Program-made: the position numbers and the translations under genes
Part shown: piece by piece, positions 17,265 through 27,283 of the stretch
How the letters are laid out: every line of letters begins with the position of its first letter
Numbering within the stretch: the stretch's first letter is position 1
Assembly (NCBI GenBank): GCA_039961775.1
Contig: JABRVZ010000003.1
Span: 83,272 to 147,271 of the forward strand
Source: Chloroflexota bacterium
Lineage (GTDB): Bacteria; Chloroflexota; Anaerolineae; Anaerolineales; Villigracilaceae
Length of the DNA stretch: 64,000 nt
Reading direction: 5' to 3'
Notes under the pieces: generated by a model
Told to the model about the DNA's origin: nothing
The model's database searches: none
What the model saw: only the letters and a program-made list of their open reading frames with translations

Positions 17265-17314
17265 GTGGCGCGAGATTTATCTCGTGGTTTCAGGCGACAT
17301 GAATGTCGCGGCAC
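17265..17314. repeat. REP-like double hairpin between convergent genes
   Basis: CGAGAT-tt-ATCTCG and GCGACAT-ga-ATGTCGC hairpins inside a GTGGCG...CGGCAC outer stem. Confidence 0.55.
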
Positions 17315-17340
17315 GAATGAACTGCGTAACGTCAGTTAGT

Positions 17341-18111
17341 TCATTCAAACTCGATTTCGATCTCTTCGTCTTCTGACCAGTCTTCCAGACGGTCGAGTTC
17401 AATGTCGCCAAACAAGCCTTCCTGATGCGCCTGAATGCGGTAGCGTTTGATGAGTTCGAGCATTGCCAGAAAGGTGACAACAATTTCAAGGCGCGACTTG
17501 CTGTCTTTGATGAGCGCGCTGAAGGCGGTGCGCTGGACGGTTCTCAACGTCTTGGTGATTAACTCGATTTTTTCGCGGATGGTCACACGCGGGGCGGCGA
17601 TGACTGTCCCCAATGGCTTGCGGGCTTTTTCGCGGGCGAAGACTTCCTCCGCCGCGGCGACCAGTTTTTCCAGTGTGATGTTCGAGAGGTCGAGTTTCGG
17701 CTCCACTTTGGGCGGCGGCGCGACGCGCAGGTACGTCCGCAGGTTGGCTTGCTGACGGTCGTACAGCCATTCGCCGATTTCCTTGAAGCGCTTGTAGAGT
17801 TTCAACTGATCTACCAGCGCCTGCCCGGTATCTTCCTCGCCGGCTTCGCGCACGGGCGGTCTGGGAAGCAGGGCTTCGGACTTGATCTGAATCAGTTTTG
17901 CGGCGATGACCAAAAAGGCGGAGATTTCGTCGGCGTTAAGTTGTTCGAGGTTGTTGATGTGCGCCAGGTATTGGTCGGTCACCGAGGCGAGGGAAACGGT
18001 TGTAATATCCAGTTCGGCGCGCTCGATGAGATTGAGCAGCAAGTCGAGCGGTCCCTCGTAAACGGGCGTCTGCACCTTGTAATTCAACTGGCGTCCCAGC
18101 AGATTTTCCAT
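17341..18111 (-). CDS. scpA: Segregation and condensation protein A (kleisin)
   Basis: YEGPLDLLLNLI, LVIAAKLIQIKSEALLP, IVVTFLAMLELIK. Confidence 0.93.
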   Translation of the reverse strand: MENLLGRQLNYKVQTPVYEGPLDLLLNLIERAELDITTVSLASVTDQYLAHINNLEQLNADEISAFLVIAAKLIQIKSEALLPRPPVREAGEEDTGQALVDQLKLYKRFKEIGEWLYDRQQANLRTYLRVAPPPKVEPKLDLSNITLEKLVAAAEEVFAREKARKPLGTVIAAPRVTIREKIELITKTLRTVQRTAFSALIKDSKSRLEIVVTFLAMLELIKRYRIQAHQEGLFGDIELDRLEDWSEDEEIEIEFE

Positions 18112-18120
18112 AGGGCAGGG

Positions 18121-18149
18121 ATTATAACACTGCAAATCTTCGATATAAT
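18121..18149. promoter_or_regulatory. Back-to-back -10 boxes for scpA (minus) and moaC (plus)
   Basis: Minus-strand TG-T-TATAAT (18129-18121). Plus-strand TATAAT (18144-18149) lies 6 nt before the moaC ATG. Confidence 0.6.
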
Positions 18150-18155
18150 CGGCGC

Positions 18156-18635
18156 ATGCCCAACAAACTGACTCATCTCGATGAACACGGACGCGCCCGC
18201 ATGGTGGACGTCGGTCACAAGCCGGATACCGAGCGTACGGCGGTTGCCCGCGGCGAAGTCCACATGAAGCGCGAGACGCTGGAGTTGATTCGCGCAGGAC
18301 AAATCAAGAAAGGCGATGTTTTGACTGTGGCGCAGATTGCCGGCATCGCCGCCTCCAAACGGACCTCGGACCTGATTCCGTTATGTCATCCTCTTCCACT
18401 CTCCAAAGTGGACGTGGACCTTGCGCTGGACGATTCTCTGCCTGGCGTGGTCATTACCGCCACCGCCAAAGTGACCGGCAAAACCGGCGTGGAAATGGAA
18501 GCGCTGACGGCGGTCTCGGTGGCGGCGCTGACGGTGTACGACATGGCAAAAGCCGCCGAAAAAACAATGCGTATTCAAAACATCCGTCTTATCGAAAAGC
18601 ATGGCGGGCAGAGCGGAGATATTGTCAATGAATAA
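18156..18635 (+). CDS. moaC: Cyclic pyranopterin monophosphate synthase
   Basis: [38 protein letters not shown]. Confidence 0.97.
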   Translation: MPNKLTHLDEHGRARMVDVGHKPDTERTAVARGEVHMKRETLELIRAGQIKKGDVLTVAQIAGIAASKRTSDLIPLCHPLPLSKVDVDLALDDSLPGVVITATAKVTGKTGVEMEALTAVSVAALTVYDMAKAAEKTMRIQNIRLIEKHGGQSGDIVNE

Positions 18636-18876
18636 AATTCGATTGCTGTTTTTTGCCACCATCCGCGACCGTGCGGGAACCAAATCGCTGGAACTGGAAA
18701 TCCCCGAAGATATGACCGTGCGGGGGTTGAAGGAGAAACTTGCTGCCGAGTATCCCACCCTTGGCGAGTCCATGAAGAGTGTGTTGATTACCATCAACCG
18801 CGAATATGCCTTCGACGAGGCGGTCATTCCGCCAAACGCCGAAATGGCGCTCTTTCCACCGGTCAGCGGAGGGTAG
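18628..18876 (+). CDS. moaD: Molybdopterin synthase sulfur carrier subunit
   Basis: [10 protein letters not shown]-terminal FPPVSGG. Confidence 0.95.
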   Translation: MNKIRLLFFATIRDRAGTKSLELEIPEDMTVRGLKEKLAAEYPTLGESMKSVLITINREYAFDEAVIPPNAEMALFPPVSGG

Positions 18877-18884
18877 TTTTTACC

Positions 18885-19352
18885 ATGAACTCTGTAAACT
18901 TTCCGACAATTTTTTCGATTACCGAAGATGAAATTGACCTGAACGACCTGCTGGCGAAAATCACGCTCACGTCCACGGGGGCGGCGGCGATTTTCACCGG
19001 CATGGTGCGCGGCGAGACCAAACGCGGCGATGCACATGAGACGGAATACCTTGAGTATGAAGCGTACATCCCAATGGCGGAAGCGAAGATGAAGCAGGTG
19101 GCGGACGAAATCCGCGCACGGTGGAAAAGCATCGAGGGTATTGCCATCGTCCAGCGGATTGGCAAACTTTACCCAAAGACCCCAACGGTTCTCATCGCCT
19201 GCACGGCGGCGCACCGCGATACGGGAGTCTTCGAGGCGGCGCGCTATGGCATTGACCGCTTGAAAGAAATCGTCCCAATCTGGAAAAAGGAAGTTGGTCC
19301 GAGCGGCGAGGAGTGGGTGGAAGGCGAGTACATTCCGAGGGCGGGGGAGTAG
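18885..19352 (+). CDS. moaE: Molybdopterin synthase catalytic subunit
   Basis: GAAAIFTGMVR, LEYEAY, AAHR, LKEIVPIWKKE. Confidence 0.95.
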   Translation: MNSVNFPTIFSITEDEIDLNDLLAKITLTSTGAAAIFTGMVRGETKRGDAHETEYLEYEAYIPMAEAKMKQVADEIRARWKSIEGIAIVQRIGKLYPKTPTVLIACTAAHRDTGVFEAARYGIDRLKEIVPIWKKEVGPSGEEWVEGEYIPRAGE

Positions 19353-19490
19353 CAACGGCGTCGGGGAGAAAAGGCTTTGAATGCAGAATCAGGCGGCGGC
19401 GCGGAGGGAGGCGCAGCCTGTCGGCGGCGTGACGAGTAGATGAGGTTGGGGTTTTACTAGTGCGTATGTCAATCGAACTGTGAGGTGTGA

Positions 19491-20726
19491 ATGGACAAAA
19501 TTGTCATTACAGGCATGGGGACGGTCAATCCGCTGGGGTTGACGGTGGAAGAGAGCTGGCGGAATGCGGTCAATGGCGTTTCGGGGGTGGGACGGATTAC
19601 GCATTTCGACCCGTCGGCGCTCAACGTGCACATTGCGGCGGAGGTGAAAAATTTTGCGCCCGAAAATTATATGGATGCAAAAGAGGCGCGCCGCCGCGAT
19701 CGTTTTGAACAGTTGGCGATTGCCGCGGCAAAGGATGCCATTGCCAGTTCGGGGCTGGAGATTACTGAGGAAAACTCCGGGCGGATCGGCGTGCTGGTTT
19801 CTTCGGCAATTGGCGGAATCAAGTCGTTGAGCGATGCGGTGATCACCAATTACACCGAGGGTCCGCGCCGCGTCAGCCCGTTTCTCATTCCTATGCTGAT
19901 GCCGAACGGCGCTTCGGGCATGATTGCGATTGATTTTCAAATCAAGGGTCCGTGCTTTTCTGTGGCTTCGGCGTGCGCTTCGGGCGCGGATGGGATTGGC
20001 ACGGCGTTCCTGATGTTGAAGGCAGGGATGATTGACGCCGCTTTGGCTGGCGCCACAGAGGCAACGATTTGCCCGGTGGGAGTGGCGGCGTTCGACCGCG
20101 TGGGGGCGATGTCGCGCCGCAACGATGATTTTTCGATGACGCCCCAGCCTTTCGATAAGAACCGCGATGGGCTGGTGATGGGGGAGGGTGCGGCTGTGCT
20201 GGTGCTGGAGCGCGAGTCGCACGCGCGGAAACGCGGCGCGAACATTCTGGCGGAACTGGCAGGCTATGGCGCGACCGCCGACGCGTTCCACGTCACTGCG
20301 CCGCATGAGACCGGCGCAGGCGGCGCGGCGGCAATGCGCATGGCGCTCGAGTCGGCGGGCGCAAACGACGACGAGTTAGGGTACATCAACGCGCACGGAA
20401 CCGGGACGCCGCTGAACGACCAGTCGGAGACGCGGGCAGTCAAAGCGGCGTTTGGCGAGCGGGCATATCAAATTCCGATTTCGTCCACCAAGTCCATGAC
20501 CGGGCATATGATGGGGGCAACCGGTGCGCTGGAAGCCATCTTCTGCGTACAGGCGGTGCGGGAGGGCGTTCTGCCCCCGACCATCCATTACCAAACGCCC
20601 GATCCCGAATGTGACCTGGACTACATTCCCAATCAGGCGCGCGAGAAGAAGATTACGCTGGCAATCAGCAACGCCTTCGGTTTTGGCGGTCACAATGCCG
20701 TGTTGGCGATACGGAAATATTCGTAG
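19491..20726 (+). CDS. fabF: 3-oxoacyl-ACP synthase II
   Basis: ASACASG (Cys), NAHGTGT and KSMTGH (His pair), SNAFGFGGHN. Confidence 0.95.
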   Translation: MDKIVITGMGTVNPLGLTVEESWRNAVNGVSGVGRITHFDPSALNVHIAAEVKNFAPENYMDAKEARRRDRFEQLAIAAAKDAIASSGLEITEENSGRIGVLVSSAIGGIKSLSDAVITNYTEGPRRVSPFLIPMLMPNGASGMIAIDFQIKGPCFSVASACASGADGIGTAFLMLKAGMIDAALAGATEATICPVGVAAFDRVGAMSRRNDDFSMTPQPFDKNRDGLVMGEGAAVLVLERESHARKRGANILAELAGYGATADAFHVTAPHETGAGGAAAMRMALESAGANDDELGYINAHGTGTPLNDQSETRAVKAAFGERAYQIPISSTKSMTGHMMGATGALEAIFCVQAVREGVLPPTIHYQTPDPECDLDYIPNQAREKKITLAISNAFGFGGHNAVLAIRKYS

Positions 20727-21341
20727 ATGACGGAAGCAATTGTCATTCATTTCATGCGTCATGGGCGTTCGCGGGCGGACGACGAAGGCGTGCATGAGGG
20801 CAGGTACGACAGTCCGCTCACGGATGTGGGACGGGTGCAGGTGAGGGCGCGCGGGGCATTCTGGAAGGAAAAAGGCGTGCAGTTTGACCACATTCTTGCC
20901 AGTACGCTCCTCCGCGCACGAGAATCTGCTCAGATTATTGGCGACCTGTTCGGTTTGCCCGTAGAGGCGGATGACGTTTGGATGGAGATGGACAACCGCC
21001 CGCTGGCGGGAATGCCCATTGAGGAGGCAAAAGTCCGCTATCCGCGCCCCCCATTTCGAGGTCCGTATGAAGCGTTTCACGGCGTTGGCGAAAGCGATTG
21101 GGACCTCCACTGCCGGGCGGTGTCGGCTATCCAAAAACTGGTGCGGCGCGGGGCGGGGCGTTATCTGGTGGTGTCGCATGGCGGCATGTTGAACGCTGTC
21201 CTGCGGTGCATCATGGGCGCCCAGCCGCCCATCAACGGGCATGGCGTCTGGTTTGCATTTGGTGATACGGGATTTGCCCGCTGTGAATACGTTCTCGGCA
21301 AGCATGAATGGACTTTGTTTGAGTTTCACCCCGGCGAGTAA
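20727..21341 (+). CDS. Histidine phosphatase family protein
   Basis: RHG motif, STLLRARESA, VVSHGG. Confidence 0.88.
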   Translation: MTEAIVIHFMRHGRSRADDEGVHEGRYDSPLTDVGRVQVRARGAFWKEKGVQFDHILASTLLRARESAQIIGDLFGLPVEADDVWMEMDNRPLAGMPIEEAKVRYPRPPFRGPYEAFHGVGESDWDLHCRAVSAIQKLVRRGAGRYLVVSHGGMLNAVLRCIMGAQPPINGHGVWFAFGDTGFARCEYVLGKHEWTLFEFHPGE

Positions 21342-21445
21342 AAGCGCTTCATTTTTTCATACCGCTCCGACGTTCAGGAAGCCGTGAATTTCGGACCATG
21401 GCTTTCTCAAAGTCGCCTTTATGACTGCCTGCTCTGGTTTTTTTT

Positions 21446-21500
21446 GCATCGAATTACGCGAATTTCACAAAAATCAGGTCCATTCGCGTCTATTCGATGC
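21446..21500. repeat. CGAAT-type REP-like nested inverted repeat
   Basis: GCATCGAAT / ATTCGATGC (9 bp perfect) enclosing ACGCGAAT / ATTCGCGT. Confidence 0.6.
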
Positions 21501-21547
21501 CGCTTTTGCTGACTTTGAGAAAACCATGAATTTCGGACAAAATCCGC

Positions 21548-21576
21548 TTGTAAAGCCCGAAAATGCGTGCTATAAT
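21548..21576 (+). promoter_or_regulatory. sigma70 promoter of rplS
   Basis: TTGTAA - 17 nt - TATAAT with a TG extension. Confidence 0.75.
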
Positions 21577-21626
21577 CCGCCCGCTCTGAAAACGAAATCA
21601 TGCAAAGGTAAGAAGGAAGAACGACA

Positions 21627-21977
21627 ATGGCAGACATCATCAAGGCTCTCGAAGCCAAGAAAAACGAAAACATCCCCGCAATTCGGTCTGGCGACAGCGT
21701 GAGCGTGCACGTCAAAATCAAAGAAGGCAACCGCGAGCGCATTCAGGAATTCAAAGGCACCGTCATTCGCGCCCGCAAAGGCGGCAACGACGAGTCCATC
21801 ACCGTGCGCCGCGTGGCATCCAACGGCATCGGCGTCGAGCGCACCTTCCTGCTCCGCTCCCCGCGCATTGACAAGATCGTGGTGGAACGTCACGGTCAGG
21901 TTCGCCGCGCGCAGCTCTACTTCATGCGCGAGCGCACGGGCAAATCTGCACGCCTCAAGCAGAAGTTCGACAAATAA
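21627..21977 (+). CDS. rplS: 50S ribosomal protein L19
   Basis: GDSVSVHVKIKEG.RERIQEFKG, GVERTF, VRRAQLYFMR. Confidence 0.97.
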   Translation: MADIIKALEAKKNENIPAIRSGDSVSVHVKIKEGNRERIQEFKGTVIRARKGGNDESITVRRVASNGIGVERTFLLRSPRIDKIVVERHGQVRRAQLYFMRERTGKSARLKQKFDK

Positions 21978-21987
21978 AGAACGCCAG

Positions 21988-22012
21988 GGACGCCCGCACG
22001 GGCGTCCTTTTT
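21988..22012 (+). terminator. Intrinsic terminator of rplS
   Basis: GGACGCCC-gcac-GGGCGTCC followed by TTTTT. Confidence 0.8.
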
Positions 22013-22028
22013 GATTACAATTGGGGGC

Positions 22029-22742
22029 ATGAAACCACTCATCGGAATTACCACCAACCAGTCCACCAACGCCAACGGGCATCCCACTGTCACGCTCATG
22101 CAGGCGTACATTCACGCCATCATGCAGGCGGGCGGGGTGCCGGTTCTCATCCCGTCCATGATTCACGAGGATGGATGGGATGCTCTCTATGCCCGCCTCG
22201 ATGGGATTCTCTTCTCTGGAGGCGGCGACATCGCCATCCAACATTTCGCCGGCGAACCGCATCCCCGCGTCTATGACGTGGACCCTGAGCGGGATGCCAT
22301 CGAACTGAACCTGATCCACGCTTCAGCCGCCGACGGCAAACCCTTCCTCGGCATCTGCCGCGGATGCCAGCTGGTCAACGTTGGTTTGGGCGGGACGCTC
22401 TACACCCATCTCGCCGACCAACTGCCCGGCGCCCTCGACCACGCCTACCCCGGTCACCTGCGGACGACGCTGGTGCATCAGGTCAAAATCGAGGAAGGGA
22501 CGCGTGTGGCGGAAATTTTGGGCGACCCGATCCTCCGCGTCAACAGCCTGCACCACCAGGGATTGAAAGACCTTGCGCCCTCCCTGCGTCCTGCCGCGTA
22601 CGCGCCGGATGGACTGGTCGAAGCCGTGGAACTGCCCGATCACCCCTTTGGCATTGCCGTGCAATGGCATCCCGAATGGCTGACTGATCAGGAGCCTACG
22701 CGGAATCTGTTCCGCAAGTTTGTAGAAGCGGCGGGGAGATAA
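22029..22742 (+). CDS. Peptidase C26 / gamma-glutamyl-GABA hydrolase family (class I glutamine amidotransferase fold)
   Basis: SGGGDI, GICRG nucleophile elbow, VNSLHHQG, VQWHPE. Confidence 0.9.
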   Translation: MKPLIGITTNQSTNANGHPTVTLMQAYIHAIMQAGGVPVLIPSMIHEDGWDALYARLDGILFSGGGDIAIQHFAGEPHPRVYDVDPERDAIELNLIHASAADGKPFLGICRGCQLVNVGLGGTLYTHLADQLPGALDHAYPGHLRTTLVHQVKIEEGTRVAEILGDPILRVNSLHHQGLKDLAPSLRPAAYAPDGLVEAVELPDHPFGIAVQWHPEWLTDQEPTRNLFRKFVEAAGR

Positions 22743-22745
22743 CGA

Positions 22746-23585
22746 TTGGCGGTGACCGCAGACTCTCCCATCGGCATTTTCGACTCCGGCGTAGGCGGGC
22801 TTTCGGTCTTGCGGGCAATCCGGGCGCAGATGCCGGAAGAAGCGGTGTTATATTTCGGTGACCAGGGACACATTCCCTACGGTCCGCGCCCGATGGAGCA
22901 GATACGGACGTTTTCGGAAGCGATTACGAACTTTCTGCTGGCGCGCGGCGCGAAGATTATCGTCGTTGCCTGCAACACCGCCTCGGCGGCGGCGCTGAGG
23001 GATTTGCGCGAAAAGTTCCCCGCTGTGCAGTTTGTCGGCATGGAGCCGGCGGTCAAGCCTGCGGCAGAGACCACGCAAACGGGCAGGGTGGGCGTCCTTG
23101 CCACGCCGGCAACCTTTCAGGGGGCGTTGTACGCTTCGGTGGTGGAGCGGTTTGCGAATGGCGTGGAGTTGTTTCAGGATACCTGCCCCGGATTGGTGCA
23201 GCAAATCGAGCAGGGAGACCTGAACGGCGGCAAGACCCGCAGAATTTTGGAAGACGCACTGCTGCCCATGCTCAAACAGAACATTGACACCGTTGTGCTG
23301 GGATGCACGCACTATCCCTTTGTGATTCCGCTCATTCAGGAGATTGCGGGGGAAAAGGTTCGGGTGATTGACCCAGCCCCGGCGGTGGCGAGACAGGTCA
23401 AACGTCTGTTGGAGGCGGGAGGGTTGAGGAGCGTTTCGCCGTCGCGGGGCGAGGTCAGGTTTTATACGTCAGGCAGTCCCGAGGCGCTCAAGTCCCTTTT
23501 GCCTGCGCTGTTGGGGGAGAGCGGCGTGGTGGAAGGTGTGGCGTGGGCGGATGACGCTTCCATCACAGCGCCCACGCCAGCATGA
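22746..23585 (+). CDS. murI: Glutamate racemase
   Basis: FDSGVGGLSV, ACNTAS, LGCTHYP. Confidence 0.96.
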   Translation: MAVTADSPIGIFDSGVGGLSVLRAIRAQMPEEAVLYFGDQGHIPYGPRPMEQIRTFSEAITNFLLARGAKIIVVACNTASAAALRDLREKFPAVQFVGMEPAVKPAAETTQTGRVGVLATPATFQGALYASVVERFANGVELFQDTCPGLVQQIEQGDLNGGKTRRILEDALLPMLKQNIDTVVLGCTHYPFVIPLIQEIAGEKVRVIDPAPAVARQVKRLLEAGGLRSVSPSRGEVRFYTSGSPEALKSLLPALLGESGVVEGVAWADDASITAPTPA

Positions 23586-23775
23586 AGCCGAAGATGGCGA
23601 CAATCACGCCCAGATGCAGAAACAGGTGAGTCCCTGTGACGATGGTGTAGGGACCGAGGATAAACAACAGAGCGTAATTGAGAACCACCAGCAGAATGCC
23701 GATGAGCGGCAGAAGCCCTTTGCGGTGGGCGAAAAAGGTCGAGGCGCGGTCAACCAGTTTGGAAAGCCATTTCAT
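23563..23775 (-). CDS. Small two-TM hypothetical protein
   Basis: 70 aa, two hydrophobic helices, ATGA overlap with the hflX stop. Confidence 0.7.
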   Translation of the reverse strand: MKWLSKLVDRASTFFAHRKGLLPLIGILLVVLNYALLFILGPYTIVTGTHLFLHLGVIVAIFGFMLAWAL

Positions 23776-25121
23776 ATTTCTTCTTCCTCTTCTGCGTGAT
23801 TTCCTGAAACCTGCCACTCGCTGAATTGCGCCAGGAGCCGTCCGGGGATGCGCCCCTGCATGTAGACTCCGCCGCGTCCGTGTTCGATCAATTCCACCTG
23901 CCCTGCCTCATGGAACAGCGAGATGAGCGCGCCCTGCTGATAGGGGAGTTTGACGCGGATGGGGGTGTACGTTTCGTACAACTCCTCCTGAAGCACGCGC
24001 AGCAAGTCGCGCAGCCCGGTTCCCTCCACGGCGGAAATTGCCACTGCCTTTGGGAAATTTGCCGTCAACTCCTGAGCAGCTTTGGGATCCCGCAGGCGGT
24101 CAATTTTGTTCAGGGCGGTGACAACGGGGATGTGCTGCGCTTCGATTTTGTTCAGCGTTTCCTGCACGGCTTCAAATTGGTTCATGGCGTTCGGGTGGGA
24201 AATATCCACCACATGCAGGAGCAGGTCGGCTTCGGCGATTTCCTCCAGTGTGGCGTGAAAGGATTCGATCAGCGTGGTGGGCAATTTTTGAATGAAGCCG
24301 ACGGTGTCGGTAAAGAGCGCCTGATAGCCGCCGGGCAATTCCACGCGGCGGGTGGTGGGGTCGAGCGTGGCAAAGAGTTGATCCGCCGCGTACACGTCGG
24401 CTTTGGCGATGCGGTTGAGGAGGGTGGATTTGCCGGCGTTGGTATAGCCCACCAGGGCGACGGTGGGGATGCGCGAACGCCGCCGCTGGGCGCGGTAACG
24501 CTGGCGGTGGGCGCGAATCTTCTCCAGTTCCCGTTTGAGGTGAGTGATGCGCTTGCGGATGGCGCGTTTGTCCACTTCCAACTGAGTCTCGCCGGGACCA
24601 CGCAAGCCCACGCCGCCGGTCGAGCCGGCGCGCCCGCCTCCGCCGCCCGCCTGCCGTTCGAGATGCGTCCACTGCCCGGTCAGGCGCGGCAGGTAATATT
24701 CGTATTGGGCAAGTTCCACCTGCAGCATGCCTTCGCTGGTGTGCGCGTGCTGGGCGAAGATGTCGAGAATCAGCGCGGTGCGGTCGAGCACGCGGACATT
24801 TTTGCCGATTGCCAGTTGAAGTTCGCGCTGGTGGCGCGGAGAGAGTTCGTCGTCGAAGATGACCACCTGTGAAAGCGTCTCTTCGACGAGCGCTTTCAAC
24901 TCCTCCACCTTGCCGGGACCGATGTAGGTCTTCACATGCGGGCGGTCGAGTTTTTGGGTCAATTCGCCGACAACCTCCAGCCCGGCGGTATCTGCCAGCA
25001 GGGCAAGTTCGCTGAGGGAATCTTCGAGGGAGAGCAATGTGTTTTGCTGATACAGTTCCACGCCGACCAGGAATGCGCGTTCGCGCGGCGGTTGGGTGGA
25101 TTCGGGGGATTTTTTAGCCAA
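23772..25121 (-). CDS. hflX: GTPase HflX
   Basis: LILDIFAQHA, LRGPGETQLE, GYTNAGKST, LFATLD, DTVGF, NKID. Confidence 0.96.
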   Translation of the reverse strand: MAKKSPESTQPPRERAFLVGVELYQQNTLLSLEDSLSELALLADTAGLEVVGELTQKLDRPHVKTYIGPGKVEELKALVEETLSQVVIFDDELSPRHQRELQLAIGKNVRVLDRTALILDIFAQHAHTSEGMLQVELAQYEYYLPRLTGQWTHLERQAGGGGGRAGSTGGVGLRGPGETQLEVDKRAIRKRITHLKRELEKIRAHRQRYRAQRRRSRIPTVALVGYTNAGKSTLLNRIAKADVYAADQLFATLDPTTRRVELPGGYQALFTDTVGFIQKLPTTLIESFHATLEEIAEADLLLHVVDISHPNAMNQFEAVQETLNKIEAQHIPVVTALNKIDRLRDPKAAQELTANFPKAVAISAVEGTGLRDLLRVLQEELYETYTPIRVKLPYQQGALISLFHEAGQVELIEHGRGGVYMQGRIPGRLLAQFSEWQVSGNHAEEEEEI

Positions 25122-25126
25122 TGTGT

Positions 25127-26362
25127 CTATTCCTTTTTGTCGAGTTCATCGAATAATTTTGCCATTTTCGTTTCGGCGCTCTCGGTGCGGATGGGGATGA
25201 GGATGTGGAAGGTCGAGCCGGGGCATTTTTGCTCGTCGTACCCTTCCGACTCAACCCAAATCGAACCGCCGTGCGCCTCGAGAATGCCACGCGCAATCGG
25301 CAGCCCCAGCCCAACACCGGCGCCTTTGAATTTGGTCTTTCCGCTGGAGTGTAAGTTCAGTCCTCCCAGCTGGTCGAATTTTTCGAAGATTGCCGCCTGG
25401 TCTTCGAGCGAAATGCCAATGCCGTTATCTTTGACCGTCACTTCGATGAAGCCGGGCAGCGTTCTGCCATCCACGATGATTCTGCCGCCGTCGGGCGTGT
25501 ATTTGATGGCGTTCTCGATGATGTTGCGGATCGCCTGCAGGATGCGCGCCGAGTCCACATAAATCCATTGGTCGCTGCCTTCGAAGCGGCGGACTTCCAA
25601 TGTCTGGCGGCGTTTTTGCGCCGTTGCGGCGAAGTCCCGCTCGAGGATTTCGAGAAGCGTATCGAGTTGAATCGGCTGGACGTTCAAACTGAGCAGGTTG
25701 TTGTCAATCATCGAAACGTCCAGCATGTCGTCCACAATCGAGCGCAGGCGCTTGATGCCGCTTTGCATCCCTGCCAGCAGGCTGTCCAGCGGCAAGCCCT
25801 TGCCTTCGCGGAGCATATCTTCCATCATGGAAGCGTAGCCGTCAATCAGGGTGAGGGGCGTCTTGAGTTCGTGCGCCGCCACCGAAATAAACGCGGATTT
25901 GCTGCGATCCACCCGCGCCAATTGCTTTTGTGCCTTTTCCATTTCGCTCGAAATGTACGCCACGCGGGTTTCCATTTCGTAACGCGCCGCCACGCCCAGC
26001 CCATAGGTGAAAATCGGAAACACCGCCGCCAGCAAATCGAGCGCTTGTTGTTTGGTCAGCGTTTCTTTTGCCGCCTGAATGGTCAGCGCCATCATGCGGT
26101 TGAGCAGAAACGTGACCTGATACATGCCCGCCTCGAGGTCGCTTTCCGTAGAAGATTTTGCCCAGTCGAGCAGGACGGAGTCCATCCACGCCGTATCTCC
26201 GCTGTTGACCGTTTGAATCAGCAGGTCGAAGAAACGCTCCAACTGCTCATTGAGACCGGCGCGCATTTCCGCATCCTGCGCCAGTTCCTCTCCAACGAGT
26301 TGAATCCACACAGGGCGAATCTTTGCGAGAATTTTCTGAAGCGGCACGGGTCTTCGCGGCAC
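25127..26362 (-). CDS. Cytoplasmic sensor histidine kinase with unrecognised helical N-terminal domain
   Basis: AHELKTPLT H-box, NIIENAIKY N-box, DNGIGI, GVGLGL. GTG start 6 nt after TG-A-TAAAAT. Confidence 0.88.
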   Translation of the reverse strand: MPRRPVPLQKILAKIRPVWIQLVGEELAQDAEMRAGLNEQLERFFDLLIQTVNSGDTAWMDSVLLDWAKSSTESDLEAGMYQVTFLLNRMMALTIQAAKETLTKQQALDLLAAVFPIFTYGLGVAARYEMETRVAYISSEMEKAQKQLARVDRSKSAFISVAAHELKTPLTLIDGYASMMEDMLREGKGLPLDSLLAGMQSGIKRLRSIVDDMLDVSMIDNNLLSLNVQPIQLDTLLEILERDFAATAQKRRQTLEVRRFEGSDQWIYVDSARILQAIRNIIENAIKYTPDGGRIIVDGRTLPGFIEVTVKDNGIGISLEDQAAIFEKFDQLGGLNLHSSGKTKFKGAGVGLGLPIARGILEAHGGSIWVESEGYDEQKCPGSTFHILIPIRTESAETKMAKLFDELDKKE

Positions 26363-26374
26363 GGATGTATTTTA

Positions 26375-27283
26375 TCAGGGTTGGGCGCTCTGCCTCGTCA
26401 GCCAGGCTTGCAAAGTTCTGCCCACTGCCTGCAAACTCTGCGGCGAGACCTTGTCCGGCGTATCCTGCACGGTATGCCAGTAAGGGTAATCGAAGTCAAT
26501 GAGGTCCACGGCGGGAATGCCCGCCTCCAGGAACGGCGTGTGATCGTCGAGCATAGAAAACTTGTATTCGGGAAGGAACACATCCTCATATCCCAGCGCA
26601 TGCGCCGCCGCCCAAATTTCATCGGTCAGCGCTGGCGTGGAATTGCGCTCCTTGTAAATTTGCAAATCCGCGTCGCCGATCATGTCCACGATTACCACCG
26701 CCTGCGGTTGAACCGGGTTCAGCCGCACAAACTCACGCGAGCCGAGAATCCAATCCCACCCTTCGATTCGCCCGTTGTCTTCCGCATCGAAAAACACCAG
26801 CCAGACGGGAACCGTGTCTTCGGGTAAAACGCGCGCCAGTTCGAGCAAAACCGCCACGCCCGAAGCGCCGTCGTTGGCGCCCGGCACAGGCAGGGAATGG
26901 TTGGCTGGGTTCGGGTCGTGATCGGCAAACAGGCGGCTGTCGTAATGCGCCCCCAAAATGACCTGCGGAGGCGACTCCCCCCGCTTTGCCACGAGATTGA
27001 AGACCGCATGCCCCATCGCCTCGGATTCCTGGACCTCCACCTGCCAGCCCGCCGACTCAAGTTCCTCCCGCATCCATGCCCGGACCTGAGCATGTCCCTC
27101 CGATCCGGGCGTCCGCGCCCCGAAACCGACCTGGGTGACCACATCGGCATAGGCGCGCTGACCGTCGAATTGGGCAGAGTCAGGCTCCGGCTGAGTCTGA
27201 AACGCAAAGATGTACCAGCCGATGGTGACGGCAAGCAGAAGTCCGATGAGCGTCAGATAGAGGGCAATGGAGCGATTTTTCAA
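26375..27283 (-). CDS. M28 family metallopeptidase / glutaminyl-cyclase-like, N-terminally anchored
   Basis: [35 protein letters not shown] start overlaps the trmFO TGA. Confidence 0.85.
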   Translation of the reverse strand: MKNRSIALYLTLIGLLLAVTIGWYIFAFQTQPEPDSAQFDGQRAYADVVTQVGFGARTPGSEGHAQVRAWMREELESAGWQVEVQESEAMGHAVFNLVAKRGESPPQVILGAHYDSRLFADHDPNPANHSLPVPGANDGASGVAVLLELARVLPEDTVPVWLVFFDAEDNGRIEGWDWILGSREFVRLNPVQPQAVVIVDMIGDADLQIYKERNSTPALTDEIWAAAHALGYEDVFLPEYKFSMLDDHTPFLEAGIPAVDLIDFDYPYWHTVQDTPDKVSPQSLQAVGRTLQAWLTRQSAQP

